A DNA stretch of 64,000 nucleotides, taken from assembly GCA_963806705.1 (NCBI GenBank), contig CAWDZE010000007.1:25037-89036 (forward strand), in the 5' to 3' direction. Of this stretch, positions 30,024 through 41,965 are shown in pieces. The notes under the pieces were generated by a model. It saw nothing but the letters and a program-made list of their open reading frames with translations. It did no database searches and was not told where the DNA came from. Positions within the stretch are counted from its first letter, which is position 1; each line of letters opens with the position of its first letter. Both the position numbers and the translations under genes were made by a program. The stretch is from Vicinamibacteria bacterium. GTDB taxonomy: Bacteria; Acidobacteriota; Vicinamibacteria; Vicinamibacterales; JAENWD01.

Positions 30024-31850
30024 ATGCCTAGCGCCACCCGTCGCCTGCTGGCCGCCCTGCTGCTCGCCGGCATTCCCGCCACCCTCGCCGCGTGCCGTGT
30101 CTGGGCGCCCTCGCCGACGGCCTCGGCGGAGGACGCCGCGAAATTCGTGGCGACGGTCAACGACAGCATCCTCGAGCTCGCTCGCGAGCAGCAGCAGGCC
30201 GGCTGGGTCGCGGCGACCTACATCACGCCGGACACGCAGGCGATCACGGCACGCGCCAATCAGGCCTACATCGACGCCGTCGCGCGAAGTGCGAAGGACG
30301 CCGCGCGCTTCAACCAGGTCCAGGTCTCTGCGGACGTGCGCCGCCAACTCGACCTGTTGAAGACCATGCTGGTCGTCGTGACGCCGTCGGACCCGAAGCA
30401 GGCCAGGGAGTTGACCGAGCTCAGCGCGTCCATGGAGGCTGCCTACGGCAGCGGCAAGTGGTGCAAGGACCCGTCGCAGCCAGCCGCCTGCCTCGACATC
30501 GAGCAGATCACCAAGGAGATGGCGGCATCCCGCGACCCCGCGCGGCTGCGGGAGGTGTGGGAAGGCTGGCACACGGTCTCAGTTCCGATGAAGAAGGACT
30601 ACGTCCGCTTCACGCAGCTGGCCAACCTCGGGGCGAAGGAACTGGGCTTTGCCGACACCGGCGCGCTCTGGCGCGCGAAGTACGACATGCCGCCGGACGC
30701 GTTCACGAAAGAGCTCGACCGGCTCTGGGAACACGTGCGTCCGCTCTACGTCTCGCTGCACGCCTACGTGCGGATGAAGCTGCGGGCGAAGTACGGCGAC
30801 CTGGTTCCGGAGAAGGGCCCGATTCCCGCCCACCTGCTGGGAAACATCTGGGCGCAGGACTGGTCGAACATCGCGCCGCTGGTCTCGCCGGACTCTGGCG
30901 GACGTGCCTATTCCCTTTCCGACCTCCTGAAGCGGCGCAACAGCAGCGCCGTGGAGATGACCCGCACCGCAGAGCGCTTCTTCACGTCGCTGGGCTTTGC
31001 ACCGCTTCCCGCGACGTTCTGGGAGCGCTCCATGCTGGTCAAGCCGGCGGACCGCGACGTCGTCTGCCACGCCAGCGCGTGGGATGTGGACCTGGTCGAC
31101 GATCTGCGCATCAAGATGTGCGTCGACCCGACGGAAGAGGACTTCACGACGATCCACCACGAGCTGGGGCACAACTTCTACCAGCGCGCGTACAACACGC
31201 TGCCGATCCTGTTCCGCGACAGCGCCAACGACGGCTTCCACGAAGCCGTCGGCGATACCATCGCGCTTTCGGTGACGCCCGAATACCTGGTGAAGATCGG
31301 GCTGCTCGACAAGGCGCCGGAACCGTCAGGCGACATCGGCCTGCTCCTGGGGCGCGCGCTCGAGAAGGTCTCGTTCCTGCCCTTTGGCCTGCTGGTGGAT
31401 CAGTGGCGCTGGCAGGTGTTTTCGGGGCAGGTCTCACCGGATCAGTACAACAAGGCGTGGTGGGATCTGCGATTGAAATACCAGGGCGTCGCGCCGCCCG
31501 ACGTGCGCGGCGAGCAGTACTTCGATCCGGGCGCGAAGTACCACGTGCCGGCCGCGACGCCGTACACACGCTACTTCCTCGCCCACATTCTGCAGTTCCA
31601 GTTCCACCGCGAGCTGTCCAAACTGGCCGGCTGCACGGCGCCGCTGCATCGGTGTTCGATCTACGAGAGCAAGGTGGCCGGGGCGAAGCTGGAGGCGATG
31701 CTCGAGCTCGGGCTGTCGAAGCCCTGGCCCGAGGCGCTGTCGGCGCTGACGGGCTCGCGCGAGATGGATGCGACGGCCATTCGTGATTACTTCGCGCCGC
31801 TGCAGGCGTGGCTGGACGAGCAGCTCAAGGGTCAGGCGACCGGGTGGTAG
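30024..31850 (+). CDS. M2 family peptidyl-dipeptidase (angiotensin-converting-enzyme homologue), lipoprotein signal
   Basis: Zinc motif [11 protein letters not shown] ... GFHEAVGD (HEXXH + E), about 608 aa. N-terminal [13 protein letters not shown] lipobox. Confidence 0.8.
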   Translation: MPSATRRLLAALLLAGIPATLAACRVWAPSPTASAEDAAKFVATVNDSILELAREQQQAGWVAATYITPDTQAITARANQAYIDAVARSAKDAARFNQVQVSADVRRQLDLLKTMLVVVTPSDPKQARELTELSASMEAAYGSGKWCKDPSQPAACLDIEQITKEMAASRDPARLREVWEGWHTVSVPMKKDYVRFTQLANLGAKELGFADTGALWRAKYDMPPDAFTKELDRLWEHVRPLYVSLHAYVRMKLRAKYGDLVPEKGPIPAHLLGNIWAQDWSNIAPLVSPDSGGRAYSLSDLLKRRNSSAVEMTRTAERFFTSLGFAPLPATFWERSMLVKPADRDVVCHASAWDVDLVDDLRIKMCVDPTEEDFTTIHHELGHNFYQRAYNTLPILFRDSANDGFHEAVGDTIALSVTPEYLVKIGLLDKAPEPSGDIGLLLGRALEKVSFLPFGLLVDQWRWQVFSGQVSPDQYNKAWWDLRLKYQGVAPPDVRGEQYFDPGAKYHVPAATPYTRYFLAHILQFQFHRELSKLAGCTAPLHRCSIYESKVAGAKLEAMLELGLSKPWPEALSALTGSREMDATAIRDYFAPLQAWLDEQLKGQATGW

Positions 31851-31938
31851 TACCGGGGCCAGGCCCCGTTAAGGAATTGTTAAGCTGGAGGAACGTGTCT
31901 GCTCTTAACAATTCCTTAACGGGGCCTGGCCCCGGTAC
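31850..31938. repeat. Extended REP palindrome: 35-bp perfect inverted repeat with 19-nt loop, containing the 19-nt core of the RAYT-flanking hairpins
   Basis: GTACCGGGGCCAGGCCCCGTTAAGGAATTGTTAAG (31850-31884) pairs with CTTAACAATTCCTTAACGGGGCCTGGCCCCGGTAC (31904-31938). Confidence 0.9.
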
Positions 31939-32863
31939 CCTGGCGCAGTTTGCGTGGGGGGTGCTCGGTTACAACCTCGCCGTCATCCTGTGGGGCGCGT
32001 ACGTGCGGGCGTCGGGATCGGGCGCCGGATGTGGCGCGCACTGGCCGCTCTGTAACGGCGAGGTCATTCCGCGTGCTCCCTCGGTGGCGACGCTCGTCGA
32101 GTATTCCCATCGCCTCACCAGCGGCCTCGCGCTGCTGGGGGTCGTGGCGTTGCTGGTCTGGACGTGGCGGACCTCGGTCCCAGGGCACCCGGGGCGCCGC
32201 GGCGCGGTTTTCTCGCTGCTCTTCATCATCACCGAAGCAGCGGTCGGCGCGGGCCTGGTCCTGTTCGAGCTTGTCGCCGACAACGCGACGATGGCGCGCG
32301 CGATGTTCATGGCCGCCCACCTGGTCAACACGTTTCTGCTGGTCGCGGCCCTGACGTTGACGGCCTGGTGGCTCTCGGGCGGCGATGCCGTGCGTCCGGG
32401 CCGGCGCCCGGCCATTGCGTTTGCCTGGGGAGCGCTCGCGGTCGGGCTGCTGTTGTCCGGTGTCAGCGGCGCCGTCGCCGCGCTCGGCGACACCCTCTAT
32501 CCGGCCACGTCGCACGTCGAGGGCCTGACGGCGACGCTCTCGCCCAGCTCGCATGTCCTCCTGCGCTTGCGCGCGCTGCATCCGGTCATCGCCGTCTCGG
32601 CCGGCGTGCTGTTGATGTTTGGCGCCTCCCGCCTGCCGGCCGCCGGCGACGAGGCGGGGCAACGGCTTGGCCGCGCGACGTTGATGCTGGCCGCCCTTCA
32701 GTTGCTCGGCGGGCTGCTCAACCTGCTTCTCCTGGCGCCGGTATGGATGCAGATCGTGCACCTGCTTGTCGCCGATCTGTTGTGGATCGCATTTGTCCTG
32801 CTGGGCGCGCGGGTGCTTGCCGGGGAACCCGCTCGCGCAGGGGGCCGTATCAGCGCGGCGTGA
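31895..32863 (+). CDS. ctaA: Heme A synthase (COX15/CtaA family)
   Basis: Motifs GAYVRASGSGAGCGAHWPLCNG and EYSHRL, with multiple TM helices. The start is uncertain: the GTG at 31895 lies inside the REP loop. Confidence 0.7.
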   Translation: MSALNNSLTGPGPGTLAQFAWGVLGYNLAVILWGAYVRASGSGAGCGAHWPLCNGEVIPRAPSVATLVEYSHRLTSGLALLGVVALLVWTWRTSVPGHPGRRGAVFSLLFIITEAAVGAGLVLFELVADNATMARAMFMAAHLVNTFLLVAALTLTAWWLSGGDAVRPGRRPAIAFAWGALAVGLLLSGVSGAVAALGDTLYPATSHVEGLTATLSPSSHVLLRLRALHPVIAVSAGVLLMFGASRLPAAGDEAGQRLGRATLMLAALQLLGGLLNLLLLAPVWMQIVHLLVADLLWIAFVLLGARVLAGEPARAGGRISAA

Positions 32864-32865
32864 AC

Positions 32866-34060
32866 ATGCATCGATCTGTCGTTGGCCGCGGCATCTTCCA
32901 GGCCCTGCTCGTGCTTCTTCTCGCGTACGCAGGACCGAACTTTAGTTCGGTCGCGAACTTCAGTTCGGTCGCGGCCGTTCCGGGCCGCGTCCCCGGTCAG
33001 GCCGCCGCACCTGCCACCCCCGCGCAGCCCGTCCTCGCCCCGGCCGCCGAAATCGCGCAGAAAGCCGAAGCCTACCTGCGGGCGCAGGAGCGCGTGAACG
33101 GCTTCAGCGGCGTCGTGCTGGTGGCTCGCGACGGCGTGCCGGTGGTCTCCAGGGGTTACGGGTGGGCCAATGCCGAGTGGGAGATACCCAACACGCCGAC
33201 GACGAAGTTCCGGCTGGGCTCCATCACCAAACAGTTCACGGCGACGCTGGTGCTGGCGCTGCAGGAACAGAAGAAGCTCAGCGTTCAGGATCCGATCTGC
33301 ACGTACGTCACGCCGTGTCCGGAGTCGTGGAAGCCCGTCACCATCCACCATCTGCTCACCCATACGTCGGGGATCCCCAGCTACACGGGCCTGCCCGACT
33401 ACGCACAGACCATGATGATGCCCAGGACGATCGAGCAGATGGTCGCGGTCTTTCGCGACCTGCCGCTGGAGTTCGCGCCCGGGGAGAAGTTCAAGTACAA
33501 CAACTCGGGCTACTTCCTGCTCGGCGTGATCATCGAGAAGGCCGCGGGAAAGAAGTACCGAGGACGCCCTGCGTGACGAGATCTTCACGCCGCTCGAGAT
33601 GACCGACACCGGCTATGACTGGTCAGAGCCCCTGCTTCGGCACCGGGCCGCGGGCTACACCCGGCGTGGCAAGGAGGTCGTCAACGCGAAGTTCCTCGAC
33701 ATGCAGCAGCCGTTTGCGGCCGGTTCGCTCTACTCCACTGCCGAGGACATGCTGAAATGGGACCAGGCGCTCTACACCGACCGCGTGCTGCCCGAATCCG
33801 CGCGCGCGGCGATGTTCACGCCATTCAAGGACTTCTACGCGTACGGCTGGGTCGTTCAACCCCGGGACAAATCACAGTCCGGACACCAGCAGGTCGGACA
33901 CGGCGGAGGCATCAACGGCTTTGCGACGATGATCCAGCGCGTGCCTGACGACAAGGTGACGGTGATCGTGTTGTGTAATGTCGACAACATCAGCGCCGCG
34001 CAGTGTCGCGCGCGACCTGATGGCCATCACCTACCGTCTGCCGTACCAGATGTGCCTTCG
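32866..34060 (+). pseudogene. Serine hydrolase (beta-lactamase family, class C-like) with at least 2 frame disruptions (about 33557 and about 33990), 3' end uncertain
   Basis: SxxK motif GSITKQF and YNNSGY. ...GKKY-c-EDALRDEIFTPLEMTDTGY shows a 1-nt insertion. The C-terminal ...NVDNISAA / ARDLMAI continues in a third frame. Confidence 0.7.
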
Positions 34061-34163
34061 ACCGCCGCGAGGAGTAGCCGCGGCCAGCTGGCAGGCCCGC
34101 CGCAAGCGCAGAACTTCGGACCGTGCGGATTGTGCCGGCGCGAATCGACGCGTAGCTTCTGAT

Positions 34164-36904
34164 TCAGGGCGAAGCGCTCCGGCCTGCAAGTCGCTGGATA
34201 GTGGCAAACCAGCCCGTTTGGATCTGCACGCTGGTCTGGATGGCCGCTCCTGGTTCCGGTTCGAAGCCGTAGAACTCGCCCTGCGGTCCGACGGCATATC
34301 CGGCGGGGGTTGCGTCCCACTCGAACATGACTCGCTCCCGCCCTACGTGGATTCCTCGGGAATCGAGCGACACGCCGACCGCGAGCACCTGCCGGTCACG
34401 GCGAAAGTAGAGCTCGCGGCCGTCAGGTGACCAGCTAGGTGTATGACCACCGGAGGTGGTCACGTCTGAGCTCCCCCTCTCGCCGGACGGAATCGAGAGG
34501 CGGAATCTCTGACCGCGTTGTGGTCACCGACTGGTAGGCCAGCAGACGCCCATCCGGAGACACGGCGCCGGCCGGAATAATGGCGTCACTGCGGATCAAC
34601 ACACGCGGCGGCTCCCCTGGTACGACACTGGAGATTGTGGCGTGACCGGAATTGGTGTCGACCTCGGAGTACGCCAGGGCACCGCCCGACAGGACTCCGC
34701 CGAATACGAATCGTTCGACAGGGCCCGGTGGGACAACGGTCTCCATCGTCGGTGCCGTGTCGAGACGCTGAAGGTACAGGCCCAATCCGACACTCCCGGT
34801 TTCCGTGGCCGTCAGCACGACGCGCCCATCCTCGGTCCACGCGAGGCTGTAGATCTGCTGGAATTTCTGGGTCGGCAGTTTGGTTCGCGTGCCGCGCTCG
34901 AGGTCGAGCACCCAGCTCTCGTCGCTCCACGTACTGGCCGCGACGCGCCGGCCGTCACGCGATAGCACTGGTCCACGAACGAACAGGTCGGGCGTGAACC
35001 GCAGTGGAAGCGGCTGGCTGGCCGGGAATCTCCGGATCAGACGCTGCGGCTCGCGACGGCTCTGCGGCAGAAAGCCGGTCACAAAGGCCAACGTGCCCTC
35101 GTCTGAGAACGCGAAGACCGGAGCATTGTTGCGGGCGATGGCAACATCAGGCAGGAGGGCGACCGGTGCGCCCGACTTGCGCTTCGAGCCAACATCGAAG
35201 CGTACCGCCATAAGCGAGGCATCGACACCGGCATACACGAGATGGCCGGTCGGCGCATACCGGGGACCGGCACCGGCGAGCTCGAGCGACGTAGCCTCTC
35301 GGCTCTGAAGATCGGCGATCATGAGCTGCCCGATCCCCGGAGCGTCCCGAGTCAGTCAGGGCAAGCGTCCCCTCACCAGGCAACAACTCCGGCCACGCCA
35401 CGTGTTTTTGAACATCCTTCCCGCCGATTCGAAATCGAGGCACCACGTTGTCTGGTGTGCCTCCGCTCGCGGGCACGCGCCAGAGTCCAAACGGCTGCGC
35501 GCCGACAAAAATTATCGGTGCCGGCGTGGGTCCAGACGCCGCCAAAGTAGTCCGTGAGGCTGCAGACGCGCTGCGTGAGCCGTGTGTCGAGTGAGTACTT
35601 CCGCAGTTCGGGAGGATGGCCTCCACCGAGGGATACACCCACGGCAAACGCCACCCAGCGGCCGTCCGGCGAGAAGAAGGGCCCCTCTGCGGACTCACTT
35701 GACGGCACCAGCGTCGCCACGCCCTGGTCGAGGCCGCGCACGTACAACTGCTGCAGGCCCGTGGCTCCGCGGGCGACCATCGCCAGCGTCCGGCCATCTC
35801 GCGACAAGGCAACGCTTGGCGGACCGTACCCGTCAAGGTGGAGGCCTGGCGGCAGGGCGATGGCCGCGCGAATCGGCACGATGGAGGACGGCGGTTTCCG
35901 CGCGTCCCGGGCCACCGACACCGCCATCACGAGAGCAGCCACGCCCGCCACACCGGCAACCAGCTTCCAACGGCGAGCGCTTCCAACCGACAGGGCTGGC
36001 GCCGTGGTCGTCGCCGCGTCGCGCAGGGCACCGGCCGCGATGCCGCTCGCTTCCAGCGCGATTCGCGCCTCGCCGATGTCGCGCAGTCGCCGCCGTGGAT
36101 CACGGGTCAGGCAGCGATGCAGCAGCACCCGAATGCTCGGCGGTGTCCCGACTGGCAACTTCGACCAGTCGGGATCGGATTGCAGCACCTGGGAGATTGT
36201 GTCGGCCACTGTGTCGCCATGAAATGCGAGACGAGCCGTCAGACACTCGTAGAGCACGCAGCCGAGCGCCCAGATGTCCGCTCGCCGGTCGACGCCTCGC
36301 CCACGGGCCTGTTCGGGGCTCATGTAGGCGGCGGTCCCGAGCACCACGCCCGCGCGGGTCATCGCCGGGCTGAGTGAGCGTGGGCGAGTTCGCGATCTCC
36401 CCGGAGACCGAGCCGGCAGGGTCAAGTGCTTTGGCGAGGCCGAAGTCCAGGATCTTCACGGCCCCGTCTGGGCGCAGCGCGATATTGGCCGGTTTCAGGT
36501 CGCGGTGGACAATGCCGAGCTCGTGCGCAGCTTCGAGTGCCTCGGCAACCTGATCGAGCGATCGCAACTGCCTCGTCGATGGGAAGAGGGCCGTCGGCGA
36601 GACGGTCGGCGAGGGTGCCGCCCTCCACCAGTTCGAGCACCAACGCCTTTCGGCCGCCGGATTCTTCGAGCCCGTAGATGGCGGCGATATGGGGATGACT
36701 GAGGGCAGCCAGCAGTTGCGCCTCGCGCTCGAAACGAGCGAGGCGATCCGGGTCGTCTGCCATATCGACCGGTAGCAGCTTGATCGCCACGTCGCGGTGC
36801 AACCGGGCATCTCGCGCGCGGTAGACCTCGCCCATCCCGCCGGCTCCAAGCAGCGCGACGATCTCATACGGGCCGATCCGGGAACCGACGGTAGGACCGA
36901 TCAC
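34164..36904 (-). pseudogene. Ser/Thr protein kinase fused to a TolB-like beta-propeller, at least 5 frame disruptions
   Basis: Consecutive minus ORFs in shifting frames spell [28 protein letters not shown] and YMSPEQ. A TM helix follows, then repeated SPDGR... propeller blades and a C-terminal ...WSPDGRELYF.... Confidence 0.75.
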
Positions 36905-36986
36905 GGGGCCACCATGCCTGGCCGGGGTCGCAGACTGACCATCGCGATGCTACCTCAGACGACGCGAGGCCGCCTGCGTCATCCTC

Positions 36987-38258
<1,272 letters not shown>

Positions 38259-38416
38259 CCCCCTTGCTCGCCTACTCTACACTGCTGGTCGCAACACAGG
38301 CGCGCTGGCGCCGCAAATTGGCCATAGAGAACGAGCTCGCGGAGAGTGAGGAGGACGCTCGCAGGCGGTCCAATTGCGGGGAGATCGGGAGGGGTGGTGA
38401 ATACTGGGGGGAGGCG

Positions 38417-38445
38417 TTGACCTGCCCGCGCCGGCTGCATAGACT
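38417..38445 (+). promoter_or_regulatory. Candidate sigma-70-type promoter for the ManD-like gene
   Basis: TTGACC (38417-38422), 17-nt spacer, TAGACT (38440-38445). GGAGG and the ATG at 38464 follow. Motif match only. Confidence 0.3.
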
Positions 38446-38463
38446 CCGCCGCGGAGGCGCACG

Positions 38464-39830
38464 ATGAAGCGACGGGACGCACTGCGACGAATCTCGGGCG
38501 GCACGCTGGCGGCCGGAGCCGCGCTGCTCCCGGACCTCACGACGAAGCTTCAGGCCCAGGAGCGGCCGGCGAGCCTCAAGGGGCTGCCTCCCTCAAGATC
38601 ACCGATGTGCAGACCATACTCACGGCTCCGAATCGGATCCGCCTGGTGGTCGTCAAGGTCGTGACGAGCGAACCGGGCCTGGTCGGGTACGGCTGCGCCA
38701 CGTTCACCCAGCGCGCCCTGGTCGTGCAGACCGCCGTCGAGCAGTACCTCAAGCCGTTTCTGATCGGGCGCAACGTCGACGAGATCGAAGACATCTGGCA
38801 GTCGTCCTACGTCAGCTCGTACTGGCGCAACGGCGGCGTGCTGTTCAACGCCATGAGCGGCGTGGACATCGCGCTCTGGGACATCAAGGGCAAGCGCGCC
38901 CACATGCCGCTCTACCAGTTGCTCGGCGGCAAGGTGCGGCACGGGGCCGATTGTTACTACCACGCCAGCGGGCGCGACTTTCAGGAGGTCGAAGACGGCG
39001 CGCGCAAGGGCATGGCGGACGGCTTCCGGCACGTCCGCGTCCAGGGCGCCGTTCCCGGCCTGTCGACCTACGGCACGCGCAGCACGACGGCCGCGGCCGG
39101 CGCTGCCGGCGAGGCGATTGGCCCGACAAACCCCGGCGCAATCTGGGAATCCGGCCCGTACGTCCGGATGCTGCCGAAGCTGTTCGAGCACCTGCGCGCG
39201 AAGCTTGGCGAGGAAGTCGAGCTGCTGCACGACGTCCACGAGCGCGTGCAGCTCATCGAGGCGATCAACCTGTGCAAGTCGCTCGAGCCCTACCGCCTGT
39301 TCTTTCTCGAAGACCCGTTCCCGCCCGAAGACAACGGACACTTCCGCCTGCTTCGCCAGCAGACGAGCATCCCGATTGCGATGGGCGAGCTCTTCAACAC
39401 GGTCCAGGAGTACCTGCCGCTCATCTCGGAACGCCTGATCGATTTCATCCGCATCCACATCTCGCAGATCGGCGGGCTCAGCCCGGCTCGCAAGGTGCAG
39501 GCGCTCAGCGAGTTCTTCGGCGTGCGCTCGGCCTGGCACGGCCCGGGCGACGCCTCGCCGCTGGCGCACGCCGCACAGCTTGCGCTCGAGCTGGCCAGCT
39601 ACAACTTCGGCATTCACGAAGGCGGGGGCTTTCCGCAGGAGACGCGCGAGGTATTCAAAGGCTGCCCCGAAGTGAAGAACGGCTACATGCTCGCCAACGA
39701 ATCGCCCGGCCTCGGCATCGACTTCGACGAGGCGCTGGCGGCGAAGTTTCCCTTCCCGGCCGGTCCGCCGAACTTCGACTACAGTTGGGGCACGACGCGG
39801 CGTCGGGACGGCACCGTCATCAGGCCGTGA
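38464..39830 (+). pseudogene. Enolase-superfamily dehydratase (D-mannonate dehydratase ManD/RspA-like) with twin-arginine signal, frame disruption near 38590
   Basis: ORF 38464..38664 carries MKRRDALRRISGGTLAAGAALL. The frame then switches to LKITDVQTILTAPNRIRLVVVKV... (ORF 38607..39830) with DIALWDIKGK and LEDP. Confidence 0.7.
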
Positions 39831-39885
39831 AATGGGCACGTACCTGCTGTCGCCGACGTTCGCTGAATTCGCAAGGAGGCGCCGT

Positions 39886-40296
39886 ATGCGTCATGTCATG
39901 TTCGTCCTGGTCTTCATCGTTGTCTGCGCGGGCGCGCTGCCATCGGCTCGAGCGAAACAGTCCTCCGACGACCGCCTCGTCGGCGCCTGGACTGGGACGT
40001 ATGACGGCGACAGCACGGGCAAGTTCACGATGTCGATCGCGCGCGACGAGGCGAAGAAACTCGGCGGCACGCTCGACGTCGCGTTCGACGAAGGCGGGGG
40101 CTATACGGCCACGTTCAAGACGATCGCCATCGACGGAGATACGGTGACCCTTGCCTACGACGCGCCGGACGACGGAAGCAAGGTACAGCTGGACGGGACC
40201 ATCGAGGGCAAGACGCTCAAGGGCACGTGGAAGGCCGCCGAGCCTGGCACCAGCACCGTGGCGTCGAGCGGCACGTTCACGGCCTCGAAACAGTGA
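39886..40296 (+). CDS. Hypothetical small secreted protein
   Basis: Signal peptide MRHVMFVLVFIVVCAGALPSARA, then a beta-rich G/T/D-rich sequence. Sits 6 nt upstream of the GMC gene. Confidence 0.5.
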   Translation: MRHVMFVLVFIVVCAGALPSARAKQSSDDRLVGAWTGTYDGDSTGKFTMSIARDEAKKLGGTLDVAFDEGGGYTATFKTIAIDGDTVTLAYDAPDDGSKVQLDGTIEGKTLKGTWKAAEPGTSTVASSGTFTASKQ

Positions 40297-40302
40297 CGCC
40301 TG

Positions 40303-41928
40303 GTGCAGATTCTCACGCGCCCGTCGGTTGACGTCTGCGTCATCGGCTCGGGTCCCGCCGGCGGCTTCGCCGCAAAGGAGCTGACCGAGGCGGGCGCGTC
40401 GGTCGTGCTGCTCGAGGCCGGCGACCAGGTGCGCCCGGAGCAGTTTGCCGGGCACCGGTGGCCGTATGAGTTCCCGCGGCGCGGCACCTTCGAGGAACGC
40501 CAGCAGCCCTTTTATCCCGACGACATCGGCCGCCACATCGCATTTGAAGGCCCGGACCGCGTGGGCGTCGATCGGATTCGCGTCCTGGGCGGGCGCAGCA
40601 TCCACTGGAACGCGGTCACGCTGCGCTTCTCCGCGGACGACTTCCGCGAAGGACGCCACGGGCTCGAGCCCGACTGGCCGCTCTCCTACGAAGAGCTGGC
40701 TCCGTTCTACAGCCATGTCGAGCGGACCATTGGCGTCTGCGGCACGCGCGAGGGCCTGGCGCAGATCCCCGACGGCGAGTTCTACGGTCCGCCTCCCAGC
40801 ATGCGCTGCGCGGAGCGGCTGGCGCAGAAGTCGGCGCGGTCGCTGGGGATCCCGGTCATCCCGGTGCGGAAGGCGATGCTGGTGGGCCAGTCCCGCCCGG
40901 GTCGCATGCCCTGCCACTATTGCGGTCATTGCATGCAGGGCTGCGAGGTCGGCGCGATCTTCACGAGCGTCAACACCCTGATTCCGGCCGCGCAGCAAAC
41001 CGGGCGGCTGACGCTTCGCCCCGGCGCGCTGGCGCGCGAGATCGAACTCGACGGAAACGGCCGCGCCGCCGCCGTCCACTTCGTCGATCGCCACACCGGC
41101 AGGACCGATGCCGTACGTTGCTCGGTGGCCGTCGTCGCCTGCGGCGCCATCGAGTCGCCGCGCCTGCTGCTCAACTCGAAGTCACCCCGCTTTCCCAATG
41201 GCCTTGCCAACGGCAGCGACATGGTGGGCCGCTGCCTCCACGGCCACACGATCCTCACCATGTACGGATACCTTCCCTCACTGGTCGGCAGGGCCAGCGT
41301 CAACGACGACGGGGCGACCGACCACGCGACCATCGCGCGGTTCAATCACCTGCGCGGCAGGCGCGACTACGTCGGCGGCTTCATGGCGCAACTCCAGTAC
41401 GCCGATCCCGCCTACCCGCATCACGCCAGTCGCGTGCGGGGCTTCGGCGAGGCGTTCAAGCGGCGGGTCCGCGACCTGCAGCCCGCGCTGATGCAGCTGG
41501 GCGGCTTCGGCAAGGTGGTCGCGCGGCCCGACAACCGCGTCACGGTGGATCCGGCGCGGACCGATCGGCACGGGATACCGATTCCGGTGGTGCGCTTCTC
41601 CTACGACGACAACGACCGTGCGCTCTGGCGCGACATGAGCGGCGCGCTCGAGGAGATCTACCAGAAGGCCGGGACCGAGCTGTTCTTCAAGGACGAGCGC
41701 ATGAACGGCTTCGCCAGTCACGAGGTGGGCACCTGCCGCATGGGAGCGGATCCGCGCAGTTCGGTGCTCACGCCGTTCAATCAGACTCACGAAGTGCCGA
41801 ACCTGTTTGTCGTCGACGGCAGCGCGTTTGTGACCTTCCCCGAGAAGAACCCGACGCTCACCATCATGGCCCTGGCGGTGCGCGCGAGCAGGCACATCGT
41901 GGAGCGCAGGCGCAGCGGCCAGCTGTAG
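40303..41928 (+). CDS. GMC family oxidoreductase (FAD-dependent)
   Basis: FAD motif VCVIGSGPAGGFAAKELTEAGASVVLLEAG and a C-terminal GMC_oxred_C-like HEVGTCRMG ... NLFVVDGS. GTG start. Confidence 0.8.
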   Translation: MQILTRPSVDVCVIGSGPAGGFAAKELTEAGASVVLLEAGDQVRPEQFAGHRWPYEFPRRGTFEERQQPFYPDDIGRHIAFEGPDRVGVDRIRVLGGRSIHWNAVTLRFSADDFREGRHGLEPDWPLSYEELAPFYSHVERTIGVCGTREGLAQIPDGEFYGPPPSMRCAERLAQKSARSLGIPVIPVRKAMLVGQSRPGRMPCHYCGHCMQGCEVGAIFTSVNTLIPAAQQTGRLTLRPGALAREIELDGNGRAAAVHFVDRHTGRTDAVRCSVAVVACGAIESPRLLLNSKSPRFPNGLANGSDMVGRCLHGHTILTMYGYLPSLVGRASVNDDGATDHATIARFNHLRGRRDYVGGFMAQLQYADPAYPHHASRVRGFGEAFKRRVRDLQPALMQLGGFGKVVARPDNRVTVDPARTDRHGIPIPVVRFSYDDNDRALWRDMSGALEEIYQKAGTELFFKDERMNGFASHEVGTCRMGADPRSSVLTPFNQTHEVPNLFVVDGSAFVTFPEKNPTLTIMALAVRASRHIVERRRSGQL

Positions 41929-41965
41929 CGGTGCGCGTGCGGCCTGTTTCCATTACTCTGGGTAG

